From: Enterobacteria phage Aplg8
Strand: one strand, 5' to 3'
Sequence record: NC_054902.1
DNA: 64,000 nucleotides
The stretch's first letter is position 1, and every line of letters starts with the position of its first letter. Made by a program: the position numbers and the translations under genes. Under the pieces are notes generated by a model. The model was not told where the DNA came from. It worked only from the letters and a program-made list of their open reading frames with translations, and made no database searches. Positions 9,752 through 18,742 of the stretch are shown one piece after another.

Positions 9752-10122
9752 TTGATTTTCCTACAATCATTCACGAATTCTTTCATTGATTCATTTTCAA
9801 TATAAGACATGTAGTTATTATATTCTTTTAATTGTATTTTGTAATCCTTTTTTCTTTGCCAATTTATTTTAAAATTATCATAATGAAAATATAAAATAAT
9901 ACCAAAGAATGAAAATAATGAAATCGCTATAGTATAATGAAGTTCACTCCAAACTTCTATTATATCTACTATACCGCTGACATTACTGCGGATGTTTAAA
10001 ATAATACAGTCAATCATTAATCCAATAAGACTACCAGCAAGAGCTGCAGCCAACGCCACAGCAAAAATTAAAAATGACTCAGAAAAAGAATATTTGACTT
10101 TATTTAGTTTTGGCTTTTGCAT
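9748..10122 (-). CDS. small membrane protein, paralog family member (124 aa)
   Basis: Two hydrophobic helices; C-terminal MKEFVNDCRKIK. Confidence 0.65.
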   Translation of the reverse strand: MQKPKLNKVKYSFSESFLIFAVALAAALAGSLIGLMIDCIILNIRSNVSGIVDIIEVWSELHYTIAISLFSFFGIILYFHYDNFKINWQRKKDYKIQLKEYNNYMSYIENESMKEFVNDCRKIK

Positions 10123-10517
10123 CGTGATTCCTTAACAAATTTCATAATTTCGTTAAATTCATGCATATCTAATTTAAGCTGGTGTTCCTTTTTAATCTTT
10201 TTACACTGAGCTTTCCATTCACGTACACGTTTACGATAATGCCTTCCTTGATACCAATATCCTACCCAATTTACAGGTACCAATAAAAATGGAACTACTA
10301 ATGGAAGAATTAATACTAACAAAAATATTACGCCAGATTCAATATCAGTCATAAAGTCTATAACCATTCCAACAACCAATAGAATTACAAATGATATAGC
10401 TGTCACAGGACCTATTAATACATCAGTAGGAATTAGCTGACGCTTTAGTTCATACTTCACAGGTTTACTTGGAAGGTATAGTGATGGCTTTGACATATTC
10501 TCTACATTCCTTAACAA
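10104..10517 (-). CDS. small membrane protein, paralog family member (137 aa)
   Basis: Two hydrophobic helices; C-terminal MKFVKESRCK. Confidence 0.65.
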   Translation of the reverse strand: MLRNVENMSKPSLYLPSKPVKYELKRQLIPTDVLIGPVTAISFVILLVVGMVIDFMTDIESGVIFLLVLILPLVVPFLLVPVNWVGYWYQGRHYRKRVREWKAQCKKIKKEHQLKLDMHEFNEIMKFVKESRCKSQN

Positions 10518-11070
10518 ATTTTTCTAATAATAAATCGCTTTCAAAATTAGGATTTTCCACGAATTTATCAAAAAGATCATCAACGATAGTTAAGATATTC
10601 TTTTTATTAAGAATACGCTTATTTTCATATTTTGTTTCAGAGTCAACTATAAGAGTAAAGAAATATTTCTTTCCCTGAAATTTTACCGTAGTATCAATAT
10701 AGAACAAATTTGACTTTTGTAAATTACGTTTAAACCATGCGTCACTTAAACTGTAAACGCCAAGATAATCATAATCGTCATTTAAATAACAAACTGTCCA
10801 TTCAGGAGAAATGAAATCAGTAAATTCAACATCAAAATCACACGTCAATGAATGAATTGATTCAATACTTTTAATGAGTATTCCAGGACGTATTAAAGAC
10901 TTTTTACCTTTATAAAATCCAGAAAGACTTTCATCAGTTTCGTATGAAGACCCCCAATAGTAATTACGTCCTTCTGCCATACGTTTAAGAGCATTTAGTA
11001 ATTGATCTGGAACATCAACCTGTCTTTGGAACTCTTCAAACATTGAATTGAAATCACTTTGCATTTTCAT
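10465..11070 (-). CDS. hypothetical protein (201 aa) sharing the C-terminal motif
   Basis: C-terminal EKFVKECREYVK resembles the three downstream membrane proteins. Confidence 0.6.
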   Translation of the reverse strand: MKMQSDFNSMFEEFQRQVDVPDQLLNALKRMAEGRNYYWGSSYETDESLSGFYKGKKSLIRPGILIKSIESIHSLTCDFDVEFTDFISPEWTVCYLNDDYDYLGVYSLSDAWFKRNLQKSNLFYIDTTVKFQGKKYFFTLIVDSETKYENKRILNKKNILTIVDDLFDKFVENPNFESDLLLEKFVKECREYVKAITIPSK

Positions 11071-11111
11071 TCCTATTTACTCCAAGTAATAGGGGCCGAA
11101 GCCCCTTATCA

Positions 11112-11705
11112 TTATTTCAGAGAATTAATGTATTCCTGAACATCGGCAGAGGTAGTTTCAACCCCAGAAATATTACCGTTAAAGGTTTCAACTCGGGCAA
11201 GAGTATCTTCAATATCAACCTTAGTCAGTGCTGCAATTTCAACTACATCATCAGCAGTACTAATTCCGAGGGCATTCGCTGCGCGAGTTTCACGGATATA
11301 TTCCAATTTAACCGCAAGTTCTTGACGAGCATCATCCAATTCAACTACTTTCTTGGCGATTTCAATTCGCATTTCAGCATACCCATCAGCTTTAGTAGTC
11401 AGCTGTTCAGCTGTTCGACGATATAGCAAGCCGAGTTTAGCATGCATTGTTACATCTTGACCTTCAGAAAGAAGCTTGCGAATTTCACGCTCTTTTGATT
11501 CAGCCTGTTTATTCTTTTCAATAACAAGTTCACGAATACGTTTTTCTTCATTAATAGATTTAACAGAAGCAGTTTTTAGATCTTTAATTTTATCAAGTAG
11601 TTTTGCTGCTGCAGCAGTATACTGTTCTTCAACAGATAGATTTTTAGCCATAGCAGAACCAAGTTTAGTGCGAATAAACTCAACAATTTTCTTCAAAGTG
11701 TTCAT
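11112..11705 (-). CDS. coiled-coil protein (197 aa)
   Basis: ORF track; charged, heptad-like composition; e.6 position. Confidence 0.65.
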   Translation of the reverse strand: MNTLKKIVEFIRTKLGSAMAKNLSVEEQYTAAAAKLLDKIKDLKTASVKSINEEKRIRELVIEKNKQAESKEREIRKLLSEGQDVTMHAKLGLLYRRTAEQLTTKADGYAEMRIEIAKKVVELDDARQELAVKLEYIRETRAANALGISTADDVVEIAALTKVDIEDTLARVETFNGNISGVETTSADVQEYINSLK

Positions 11706-11748
11706 AGTATTTCCTTAGGTTGATTAAGATTTAAAATCCGTGAAAGTA

Positions 11749-11925
11749 TTATACTCCGGATAGTTTGTAAACTATTTCAACATCGCCTTTTGCTGCTTTA
11801 TAACCTTCAGCCCAAGATATAACCGAGTTTTTATCTGAAGATTCAAATTCTGGCATTGGGCTTTCGCCAATGTTCACACAATATGTTTCTTCATTTTCGT
11901 CGAACCAAATAATTAAAGTAGTCAT
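11749..11925 (-). CDS. small hypothetical protein (58 aa)
   Basis: Hand-translated: GGAG SD then ATG at 11923-11925, open to TAA at 11749; below ORF-track size cut-off. Confidence 0.45.
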   Translation of the reverse strand: MTTLIIWFDENEETYCVNIGESPMPEFESSDKNSVISWAEGYKAAKGDVEIVYKLSGV

Positions 11926-11993
11926 TTATTTCTCCGTTTCTATATTTGTTTTGATAAGTCTATAATAACACCGTCCTTGGTGTTTGTACACAA

Positions 11994-12269
11994 TTATTTC
12001 ATATTATTGAAATATTCTTCTGCGATTTCGTCGTTATCATGGTAAACTTTAGAAGACAGTTTAACATAACCTTCAGCAGTGAACATGTTAATCACAACCT
12101 TTACAGTATACCACTGACCGTCTTCATTACCCATTACTGCATAAGTTTCAAACATCGGATGATCAGGACCGATAACTTTAATATCATTCACCGTACGACC
12201 AAAATCTTCTGAAACGCATTTCATAAAGAAGTTGAACAGTTCGCCGTAATTATCCATTTCGTTCTCCAA
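11994..12269 (-). CDS. hypothetical protein (91 aa)
   Basis: ORF track; early promoter upstream. Confidence 0.6.
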   Translation of the reverse strand: MENEMDNYGELFNFFMKCVSEDFGRTVNDIKVIGPDHPMFETYAVMGNEDGQWYTVKVVINMFTAEGYVKLSSKVYHDNDEIAEEYFNNMK

Positions 12270-12300
12270 GTTGTTTTCTGTATCAGTAGTTGATAGTTGT

Positions 12301-12330
12301 ATAGTACCATGGAAGAACAGGGATGTAAAC
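12301..12330 (-). promoter_or_regulatory. T4-type early promoter
   Basis: Minus strand GTTTAC-N18-TGGTACTAT. Confidence 0.45.
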
Positions 12331-12462
12331 CGTTTTGTGAAAAAATTTTAAAAAAGTTTTGGGAATTCTAGGGCAGGGAGGGGCAATTAAATGATAGGAT
12401 AATATATTATAAAGGGTAGAAACTAAATGATGTCTGGAGAGGCCCAGAAAAGCCTAGATGCC

Positions 12463-12493
12463 AAAAAGCCCCAACCTTTCGATCGGGGCTAAG
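12463..12493 (-). terminator. rho-independent terminator, direct-repeat copy 1
   Basis: Minus strand AGCCCCGATCGAAAGGTTGGGGCT + T5; 30/31 identical to copy at 13018..13048. Confidence 0.7.
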
Positions 12494-12497
12494 AATG

Positions 12498-12971
12498 TTA
12501 TTTGATTTGTTTAGCAGACCAAATGCGGTCTTTAATAATTTTTTGGATGTCTTCAACATACTCTAGGTCATGAGCATGTGGATTATCTTTGAAACTATGA
12601 GCTCGCGCAAGTTTCTGGCCTTCGGTCTTAATTATCAAAAGTTCTTTAAGAATTGCTTCATACCTAGAGATAATTCCTTTAGCAATATTTTTTTCTTGTG
12701 TTGCTTTAGGGTCAGCCTTAGGAGCAGGTTTACCTGAAGCCTTTGCAAAAGCAGCTCCAGTAGCAACTAAACTTTTCCAAGCCATACTAACTGCATTCCC
12801 TGTAAATCCTTCGGCTTTCATATCACGAGCAAATTGGAATCGTGATTCATCGGAAGCATCTTTATAGGAATATTTACCCGCGGCAATGGCTGCTTTTGCG
12901 ACAGCTTGAATTTCGGTGCTAGATGCTTCATTTAACACCGCTTCATTTAAAAATTGAGCATATGATTTCAT
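12498..12971 (-). CDS. capsid internal protein-like (CTS-bearing) protein, 157 aa
   Basis: N-terminal MKSYAQFLNEAVLNE resembles T4 internal-protein capsid targeting sequence; own late promoter and terminators. Confidence 0.75.
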   Translation of the reverse strand: MKSYAQFLNEAVLNEASSTEIQAVAKAAIAAGKYSYKDASDESRFQFARDMKAEGFTGNAVSMAWKSLVATGAAFAKASGKPAPKADPKATQEKNIAKGIISRYEAILKELLIIKTEGQKLARAHSFKDNPHAHDLEYVEDIQKIIKDRIWSAKQIK

Positions 12972-13007
12972 CTTATTTCCTGTTTTAATTCGTGGTTTTA
13001 ATATACT

Positions 13008-13015
13008 TATTTATA
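13008..13015 (-). promoter_or_regulatory. T4 late promoter (TATAAATA) on minus strand
   Basis: Exact TATAAATA on minus strand about 37 nt upstream of ATG at 12971. Confidence 0.6.
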
Positions 13016-13017
13016 CT

Positions 13018-13048
13018 AAAAAGCCCCAACCTTTCGGTCGGGGCTAAG
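13018..13048 (-). terminator. rho-independent terminator, direct-repeat copy 2
   Basis: Minus strand AGCCCCGACC-GAAA-GGTTGGGGCT (10-bp stem, GNRA loop) + T5. Confidence 0.75.
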
Positions 13049-13049
13049 C

Positions 13050-13345
13050 CTTGCGGCAACCTTGTCGGGGTTCCACCTGCTAAGGCAAGTGTTTGTACGA
13101 AACGCCGGGATTCGAACCCGGTTATTAAGCAGTTGACGCTACTCAATATTTTTAAAAGGCCATATCTCGACCATATCCGAACGTTCCGTCAAAAACGCTA
13201 CTCGGCTTACGGCAAAGATATTTCCTCGAATCGATAATTCGGTGCGCCGTTTCTGCTGTGATGTAAGAGGGCATCAATAAACGCAAAGATTATTAACGCA
13301 ATTCCTTACTCAGGGAACATCAGTCCGACGACTTACCGGTAGCGA
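13050..13345 (-). ncRNA. putative small stable RNA(s), tRNA-like T-arm present
   Basis: GC-rich non-coding stretch between a terminator and tRNA-Arg; minus strand CCGGGTTCGAATCCCGG at 13105-13121; no SD-led ORF. Confidence 0.3.
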
Positions 13346-13354
13346 CCCGGTTTC

Positions 13355-13705
13355 TTAATATTCTTTTAAAGCATCAATCTGCTCACGGCGTTTACGCCAT
13401 AAATCAATTGCTTCATACGCGGATTCAACATTTCGAATTGGACGGCATTTATATAAAGATTTGTGATTTTGATATTGCGTAGATAACGGAATTTTATCTA
13501 AAAGGTCTTTACGTTCAAAGTATTCGTAACCATCTAAGCCAAATGAACGATTTTTGAGAAATTGCCAATGACCAAATTCGTTTTGAATATAAATATAATC
13601 CGCGTGTTGATAAAGTAAATTAATTTCACGAAATGAGATATGTTTTTCATATTCATTGAAGTAAAATGTTAAATCATGAACTACTAAATAAACATTACCT
13701 TTCAT
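13355..13705 (-). CDS. hypothetical protein (116 aa) downstream of tRNA-Arg
   Basis: ORF track; GAGGAAAAT SD before ATG at 13705. Confidence 0.55.
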   Translation of the reverse strand: MKGNVYLVVHDLTFYFNEYEKHISFREINLLYQHADYIYIQNEFGHWQFLKNRSFGLDGYEYFERKDLLDKIPLSTQYQNHKSLYKCRPIRNVESAYEAIDLWRKRREQIDALKEY

Positions 13706-13723
13706 ATTTTCCTCACTTATAAT

Positions 13724-13799
13724 TGGTCGAGGCAGTAGGGATCGAACCTACGACCTAGGACTTAGAAGGTCCTTGCTCTTCCTTCTGAGCTATGCCCCG
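13724..13799 (-). tRNA. tRNA-Arg (anticodon UCU)
   Basis: Hand-folded cloverleaf: acceptor CGGGGCA/TGCCTCG, anticodon loop CTTCTAA, T-loop TTCGATC, encoded CCA. Confidence 0.85.
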
Positions 13800-13803
13800 T
13801 AAT

Positions 13804-13879
13804 TGGGGTGACCGATGGGAGTCGAACCCATGACTACGAGAATCACAATCTCGAGTTCTACCAACTGAACTACGGCCAC
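13804..13879 (-). tRNA. tRNA-His (anticodon GUG)
   Basis: Cloverleaf: acceptor GTGGCCG/CGGTCAC, anticodon loop TTGTGAT, discriminator C73, CCA; -1 nucleotide is U not G. Confidence 0.8.
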
Positions 13880-13993
13880 ATTAATACCTACTCCAACAAT
13901 CAAGATGTCTTCACACGAAATTAAGAGAAGAGTGATCAGTTCAACCCCTATAATCGCGTCAAGTAGATATTAATGTGACAGTTGTCACAAATT

Positions 13994-14068
13994 TGGCGGA
14001 CGTGATAGGATTTGAACCTATAACCAATCGCTTAACAGGCGATCGCTCTGCCATTGAGCTACACATCC
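13994..14068 (-). tRNA. tRNA-Asn (anticodon GUU)
   Basis: Cloverleaf: acceptor GGATGTG/CACGTCC, anticodon loop CTGTTAA, T-loop TTCAAAT, CCA. Confidence 0.8.
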
Positions 14069-14072
14069 AAAT

Positions 14073-14159
14073 TGGTGGGGAGTGATGGAGTCGAACCACC
14101 CGAGTCGCAATGACAATGGATTTACAGTCCACACCGCTACCTCTACGGGATAACTCCCC
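14073..14159 (-). tRNA. tRNA-Tyr (anticodon GUA), type II
   Basis: 87 nt; acceptor GGGGAGT/ACTCCCC, anticodon loop CTGTAAA, long variable arm, CCA. Confidence 0.8.
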
Positions 14160-14171
14160 TAATTCATAATT

Positions 14172-14246
14172 TGGTGGCCCTGGGTGGAATTGAACCACCA
14201 TCTGGCGATTATGAGTCGCTTGCTTGAACCTTCCAGCTACAGGGCC
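14172..14246 (-). tRNA. tRNA with CAU anticodon (Ile2/Met; Ile in T4)
   Basis: Acceptor GGCCCTG/CAGGGCC, anticodon loop CTCATAA, T-loop TTCAATT, CCA. Confidence 0.8.
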
Positions 14247-14247
14247 T

Positions 14248-14323
14248 TGGTGCTGATTGACGGAATCAAACCGCCGACCTTCTCATTACAAGTGAGTTGC
14301 TCTACCTACTGAGCTAAATCAGC
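14248..14323 (-). tRNA. tRNA-Thr (anticodon UGU)
   Basis: Acceptor GCTGATT/AATCAGC, anticodon loop CTTGTAA, CCA. Confidence 0.85.
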
Positions 14324-14328
14324 AAAAC

Positions 14329-14418
14329 TGGCGGAGGCGATAGGATTTGAACCTATGAGTCGCCGGAGCGACTGCCGGTTTTCAAGACCGGTGCATTAAA
14401 CCACTCTGCCACGCCTCC
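14329..14418 (-). tRNA. tRNA-Ser (anticodon UGA), type II
   Basis: 90 nt; acceptor GGAGGCG/CGCCTCC, anticodon loop CTTGAAA, long variable arm, CCA. Confidence 0.85.
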
Positions 14419-14420
14419 AG

Positions 14421-14494
14421 TCTCCATACAAGGATTTGAACCTTGGACCTCCTGATCCCAAATCAGGCGCTCTACCAAACTGAGCTACACGGAG
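14421..14494 (-). tRNA. tRNA-Pro (anticodon UGG)
   Basis: Acceptor CTCCGTG/TATGGAG, anticodon loop TTTGGGA; no encoded CCA; 2 nt from tRNA-Ser (dimeric precursor as in T4). Confidence 0.85.
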
Positions 14495-14503
14495 TAATTA
14501 AAT

Positions 14504-14577
<74 letters not shown>

Positions 14578-14582
14578 AAATT

Positions 14583-14669
14583 TGGTGCGAGAAGTGGGAC
14601 TCGAACCCACAAGGAAATCATTCCGCAGCATTTTAAGTGCTGTGCCTTTACCAATTTGACCATTCTCGC
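14583..14669 (-). tRNA. tRNA-Leu (anticodon UAA), type II
   Basis: 87 nt; acceptor GCGAGAA/TTCTCGC, anticodon loop CTTAAAA, CCA. Confidence 0.85.
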
Positions 14670-14670
14670 G

Positions 14671-14743
14671 CTGGGAATAAAGGACTCGAACCTTTGCATC
14701 TAGCAGTCAAAGTGCTATGCCTTACCAACTTGGCTAATTCCCA
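14671..14743 (-). tRNA. tRNA-Gln (anticodon UUG)
   Basis: Acceptor TGGGAAT/ATTCCCA, anticodon loop CTTTGAC; no encoded CCA; 1 nt from tRNA-Leu (dimeric precursor as in T4). Confidence 0.85.
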
Positions 14744-14829
14744 ATTATTAACAAAGGCTCTCAAACAAGAACCCTTGATGATAGAGGGTATTAATCAGTG
14801 CGGTATGAGTTAATAATAACAAATAATTC

Positions 14830-15345
14830 TTAAAGCAAATTAAACATTTTAACAGTCGGCAAAACAATTTCTTTTTCTATATAAGAGTATTTAACACTCT
14901 CAACTACACGCAGAAAATCATAATCATAATATTCAGAAGCACTGCCTAAAATATTAATAAGTCCTTCAAACACTTTATTACCATTCACAAAGAATAAGTC
15001 AAATACACGTTCTTCATCTTCTTCAGATTTATTACCAAGGTCAACTTCTATATCAAAGACCTTTTTAATGAATTCTGGATAAAGCTGGTCTGAGAACAGT
15101 CCTTCAACCAAGTATTCATAAATAAAAAGCGATTGCTCGCTGAACAAGCCATTACCACAATAACGTTCAACTTTTGTGCTAGAATGTCTGCTTTTAAACT
15201 TCTTTAAAAGATATTGGAATTGTAAGATTTCATGCTCTTCTACACCAAACAGTGTTTTAGTTTTATAGTTGTCACCATCATTTTCCCAGGTAGTGACATC
15301 AATTACGTAACCCTGCGGAATTGTAGTACCTAAACAAATATTCAT
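14830..15345 (-). CDS. hypothetical protein (171 aa)
   Basis: ORF track; between tRNA array and ipI. Confidence 0.55.
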   Translation of the reverse strand: MNICLGTTIPQGYVIDVTTWENDGDNYKTKTLFGVEEHEILQFQYLLKKFKSRHSSTKVERYCGNGLFSEQSLFIYEYLVEGLFSDQLYPEFIKKVFDIEVDLGNKSEEDEERVFDLFFVNGNKVFEGLINILGSASEYYDYDFLRVVESVKYSYIEKEIVLPTVKMFNLL

Positions 15346-15635
15346 TTACTCACCATATTAATGTAAGTATATTCAATACATTCAAGACCCAAAGGATTCT
15401 TGAAAATATCATATTCAAGAGGACCTTTTTCTGTTTCAATAAAGAAATCAAAATTTACTGTATTAAATTTACGGTCTTCCTTCAATAATTTAACTTGAGA
15501 AGATGAACGGTCAACATAAACCTTTTCAACTTCAAAACATGTTAAAACGCCATAATCATCAATCAAGGCTTTAGCCGCGTCTTGATCATATTTATATCCA
15601 TTTTCAATGGACGATACTTTAGCATAAAGAATCAT
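15342..15635 (-). CDS. hypothetical protein (97 aa)
   Basis: ORF track; 4-nt overlap with downstream gene. Confidence 0.55.
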   Translation of the reverse strand: MILYAKVSSIENGYKYDQDAAKALIDDYGVLTCFEVEKVYVDRSSSQVKLLKEDRKFNTVNFDFFIETEKGPLEYDIFKNPLGLECIEYTYINMVSK

Positions 15636-15638
15636 TAT

Positions 15639-16022
15639 TTACCCTTCATCAACAATAGTATGAGTGTGGGCATTTACAATTTGCCACCAATCAAAGCGAT
15701 TAGAACCATACATTGGTTTATTTTCATTTTCTTTAATAATATCACGAAGTTCATCTTCGGTAGCGGCTTTCGCGATTAAATCAGCATATCCACCACGAGG
15801 ATAATAATTATCACCTGCAAAAAGTAAAAAGTTTGGTTTAATATTATTGAACTCTTCAAGAGTAATAACTTTTCCTGATGGTAGTTGAACAATCTCTACA
15901 TATTTATATCCTAATTTTTGAGCAGCATCTACTGCTTCAAGCAAAGTATCATGAGCCCATCCAATTTGACAACCTGGCTTTTCAGATGGATTAGCCTGAT
16001 AATCCGCATACACTTTATACAT
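15639..16022 (-). CDS. hypothetical protein (127 aa from SD-preceded ATG)
   Basis: ORF track 15639..16061; AGGTGA SD before ATG at 16020-16022. Confidence 0.55.
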   Translation of the reverse strand: MYKVYADYQANPSEKPGCQIGWAHDTLLEAVDAAQKLGYKYVEIVQLPSGKVITLEEFNNIKPNFLLFAGDNYYPRGGYADLIAKAATEDELRDIIKENENKPMYGSNRFDWWQIVNAHTHTIVDEG

Positions 16023-16023
16023 T

Positions 16024-16209
16024 CTATTCACCTTTAGAAATTTTATCCATAACGATAGCAATTAAACCAATTAAAAATGCTACTACAAGTGAAAACACAT
16101 TTTCTGCTGTAGTTAATAATCCACATATAAATCCAACAAACATTGAAAAACTAAAAGCAGAAGCAGAAATTGCAATAGCAACATTTCGAATTAATTCACA
16201 ACGTTTCAT
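16024..16209 (-). CDS. small hydrophobic membrane protein (61 aa)
   Basis: ORF track; two hydrophobic segments; early promoter upstream. Confidence 0.5.
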   Translation of the reverse strand: MKRCELIRNVAIAISASAFSFSMFVGFICGLLTTAENVFSLVVAFLIGLIAIVMDKISKGE

Positions 16210-16237
16210 TTTATTCTCCTCAGTAGTTGATAGGGTA

Positions 16238-16267
16238 ATAGTATCACAACTAAAACCCTATGTAAAC
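16238..16267 (-). promoter_or_regulatory. T4-type early promoter
   Basis: Minus strand GTTTAC-N18-TGTGATACTAT. Confidence 0.45.
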
Positions 16268-16285
16268 AACTTTGTGAAATATTTA

Positions 16286-16573
16286 TTACAAAAGATTTTT
16301 AGCAATAATCTTGAGATGTGCCGCAGAAATGTGTTTAGCTTTAAACAACGCAGTTTCTTCAGCAGGAGAGATAACGATTGTAGCACCATCCTTTTTAGCA
16401 GACCACCCATCACCTAGGTAAACAGTACCTTTGATTTCTTCGCCATCAACCAAACTAATCATTGGTTTACCTTCTCGTCCTTTATTTGCTTTAATAACTT
16501 CAGAAGTAAGAGTAGCTTCAGTAATAGTAGAAACCGGGGTAGTTGTAGAAGTAAATTCTTTGAAAGTTTTCAT
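16286..16573 (-). CDS. ipI: internal protein I (anti-restriction, CTS-bearing)
   Basis: 95 aa; translation recognised as T4 IPI; N-terminal MKTFKEF CTS-like leader. Confidence 0.8.
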   Translation of the reverse strand: MKTFKEFTSTTTPVSTITEATLTSEVIKANKGREGKPMISLVDGEEIKGTVYLGDGWSAKKDGATIVISPAEETALFKAKHISAAHLKIIAKNLL

Positions 16574-16603
16574 TTTATTTTCCTAATTAATTTTGATGAG
16601 ATA

Positions 16604-16633
16604 ATAGTATCACTACCTCATCAACGTGTAAAC
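16604..16633 (-). promoter_or_regulatory. T4-type early promoter upstream of ipI
   Basis: Minus strand GTTTAC-N18-TGATACTAT. Confidence 0.45.
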
Positions 16634-16645
16634 AACTTTGTGAAA

Positions 16646-17342
<697 letters not shown>

Positions 17343-17343
<1 letters not shown>

Positions 17344-18056
17344 TATAGTACCTTTAGTGTATTTTTAATTTTAGAAAAAAGTTCTTCAAGAGAACCATCG
17401 TTTGTAATTACTAAATCGCCATCACGAATTGGCAATCCAGCTTCTGTAATATGAGTATCATTGGATTTTTGACCAGGACGAACTACATGAATTACTGTAG
17501 CACCCATCGCCCTAGCCGCATCCATTTCATGATCTTGACGAGTATCAGGAACGATATAATAATCATAACCTGAGTTAAATTTATCAAGATAATCTAAAGC
17601 AAATAATTTTACCCAATACATGCGGTCGAAGTTATTAACAATCAAATCCGTACCTAGGGCTTGCATCAGACGACGGACTGACCATTGATCTTCAATATTA
17701 TTTATAACGTCAGCAATCTTGTTAAATGCTACGAAATTAACTGCGTCATCAAAAACAAACACACCTTTAATTGGGCTTTTACTATTAAGATAGCAAAATG
17801 CTTGTTCCATAATCGTAATTACTTCTAATTTAGTCAGATTTAAATTAGTTTCACGATCATAGTCAATTCCTTCAAACTCTTTACGAGTTAAACAAGGATA
17901 GTCAGTGTTTGCTGCAAATACACCCCATGCATAAGCCAATGCATCCTTAATAGGACCAGCAAGTTGATATTTAACTGCAGAATAATTATTCATAATAAAA
18001 TCTGCAGTAGTATCTTTTCCACTACGCTTTACACCACTTAAAAAGATTAGTTTCAT
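17343..18056 (-). CDS. 1: deoxynucleoside monophosphate kinase
   Basis: P-loop LSGVKRSGKDT; ATG at 18054-18056 preceded by GAGGAG (track start 18095 is TTG). Confidence 0.9.
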
Positions 18057-18105
18057 ATGTTTCTCCTCAAATTTAGTTAAGATTATAACACACAAAACTG
18101 AAGCA

Positions 18106-18636
18106 TTAAACTTCTGCTATAATTTTTCCATCTTTTTCTACTTGAAAATACGTATAAGGAATCGTTGCTGTGCATACTAAGGCTGGGTCTGAATCTTCTG
18201 TGTAGCTAAATTCTACTTCAGACAGGTCAGAAACCCAAGGCTTATAAAAATTTATTGACATCACGATTTCAGTTTTACTATTATCTAAAATGTAAAGCGT
18301 AATGTATTCAGGACCTGTTTTTTGGGCAGTATTTTCACCTGTAAGATAGTTGCTAGTTCCTAGCATCCATTCATACATTCCTATCCACGACTTAAGTTCT
18401 TCATCAACTATAAATCTCACAATGAGTGGATCATACTCAAATGTAACACCTGGACGTTGTGCTCGACCCAGTCCAAACGGCCCAGTCACGGTATCAGTAA
18501 CAGGTATTCTAATTCCTGGAATAGGAACTGACTGAGCATTTAAAGTAAAAGCAGATGTAGTATTACTATGTGGTATTGATACTACAAAGTTAGTTGTATT
18601 TGCTTGGTTAAAAATTTGTTGCAGAGCTTGCGACAT
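18106..18636 (-). CDS. 3: tail completion and sheath stabiliser protein gp3
   Basis: 176 aa from ATG at 18634-18636 with GAGG SD; matches T4 gp3 length. Confidence 0.85.
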   Translation of the reverse strand: MSQALQQIFNQANTTNFVVSIPHSNTTSAFTLNAQSVPIPGIRIPVTDTVTGPFGLGRAQRPGVTFEYDPLIVRFIVDEELKSWIGMYEWMLGTSNYLTGENTAQKTGPEYITLYILDNSKTEIVMSINFYKPWVSDLSEVEFSYTEDSDPALVCTATIPYTYFQVEKDGKIIAEV

Positions 18637-18742
18637 ATATTCCTCATAATGCTTTATAACTGTTGGTGGTATAATGGGTCTAAGTCCCTTCCATTCAATT
18701 CCATTTAGAACAAACAACAGAAAAGAATGGAAGATAATAGAA

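Noticed and set aside
11112-11705. Calling the 197-aa coiled-coil protein a PspA/IM30 homolog
   Set aside because: The resemblance is compositional (charged heptads) only; no conserved PspA motif could be aligned by eye, so it is left as a coiled-coil hypothetical.
13105-13121. A twelfth tRNA around the perfect T-arm CCGGGTTCGAATCCCGG
   Set aside because: No canonical D-arm or anticodon arm with correct spacing could be folded; kept only as a putative tRNA-like or stable RNA.
12992-13237. 81-aa plus-strand ORF in the GC-rich interval next to the tRNA array
   Set aside because: No Shine-Dalgarno, runs across terminator copy 2 and a tRNA-like hairpin, opposite to every neighbouring gene; more likely non-coding structured RNA.
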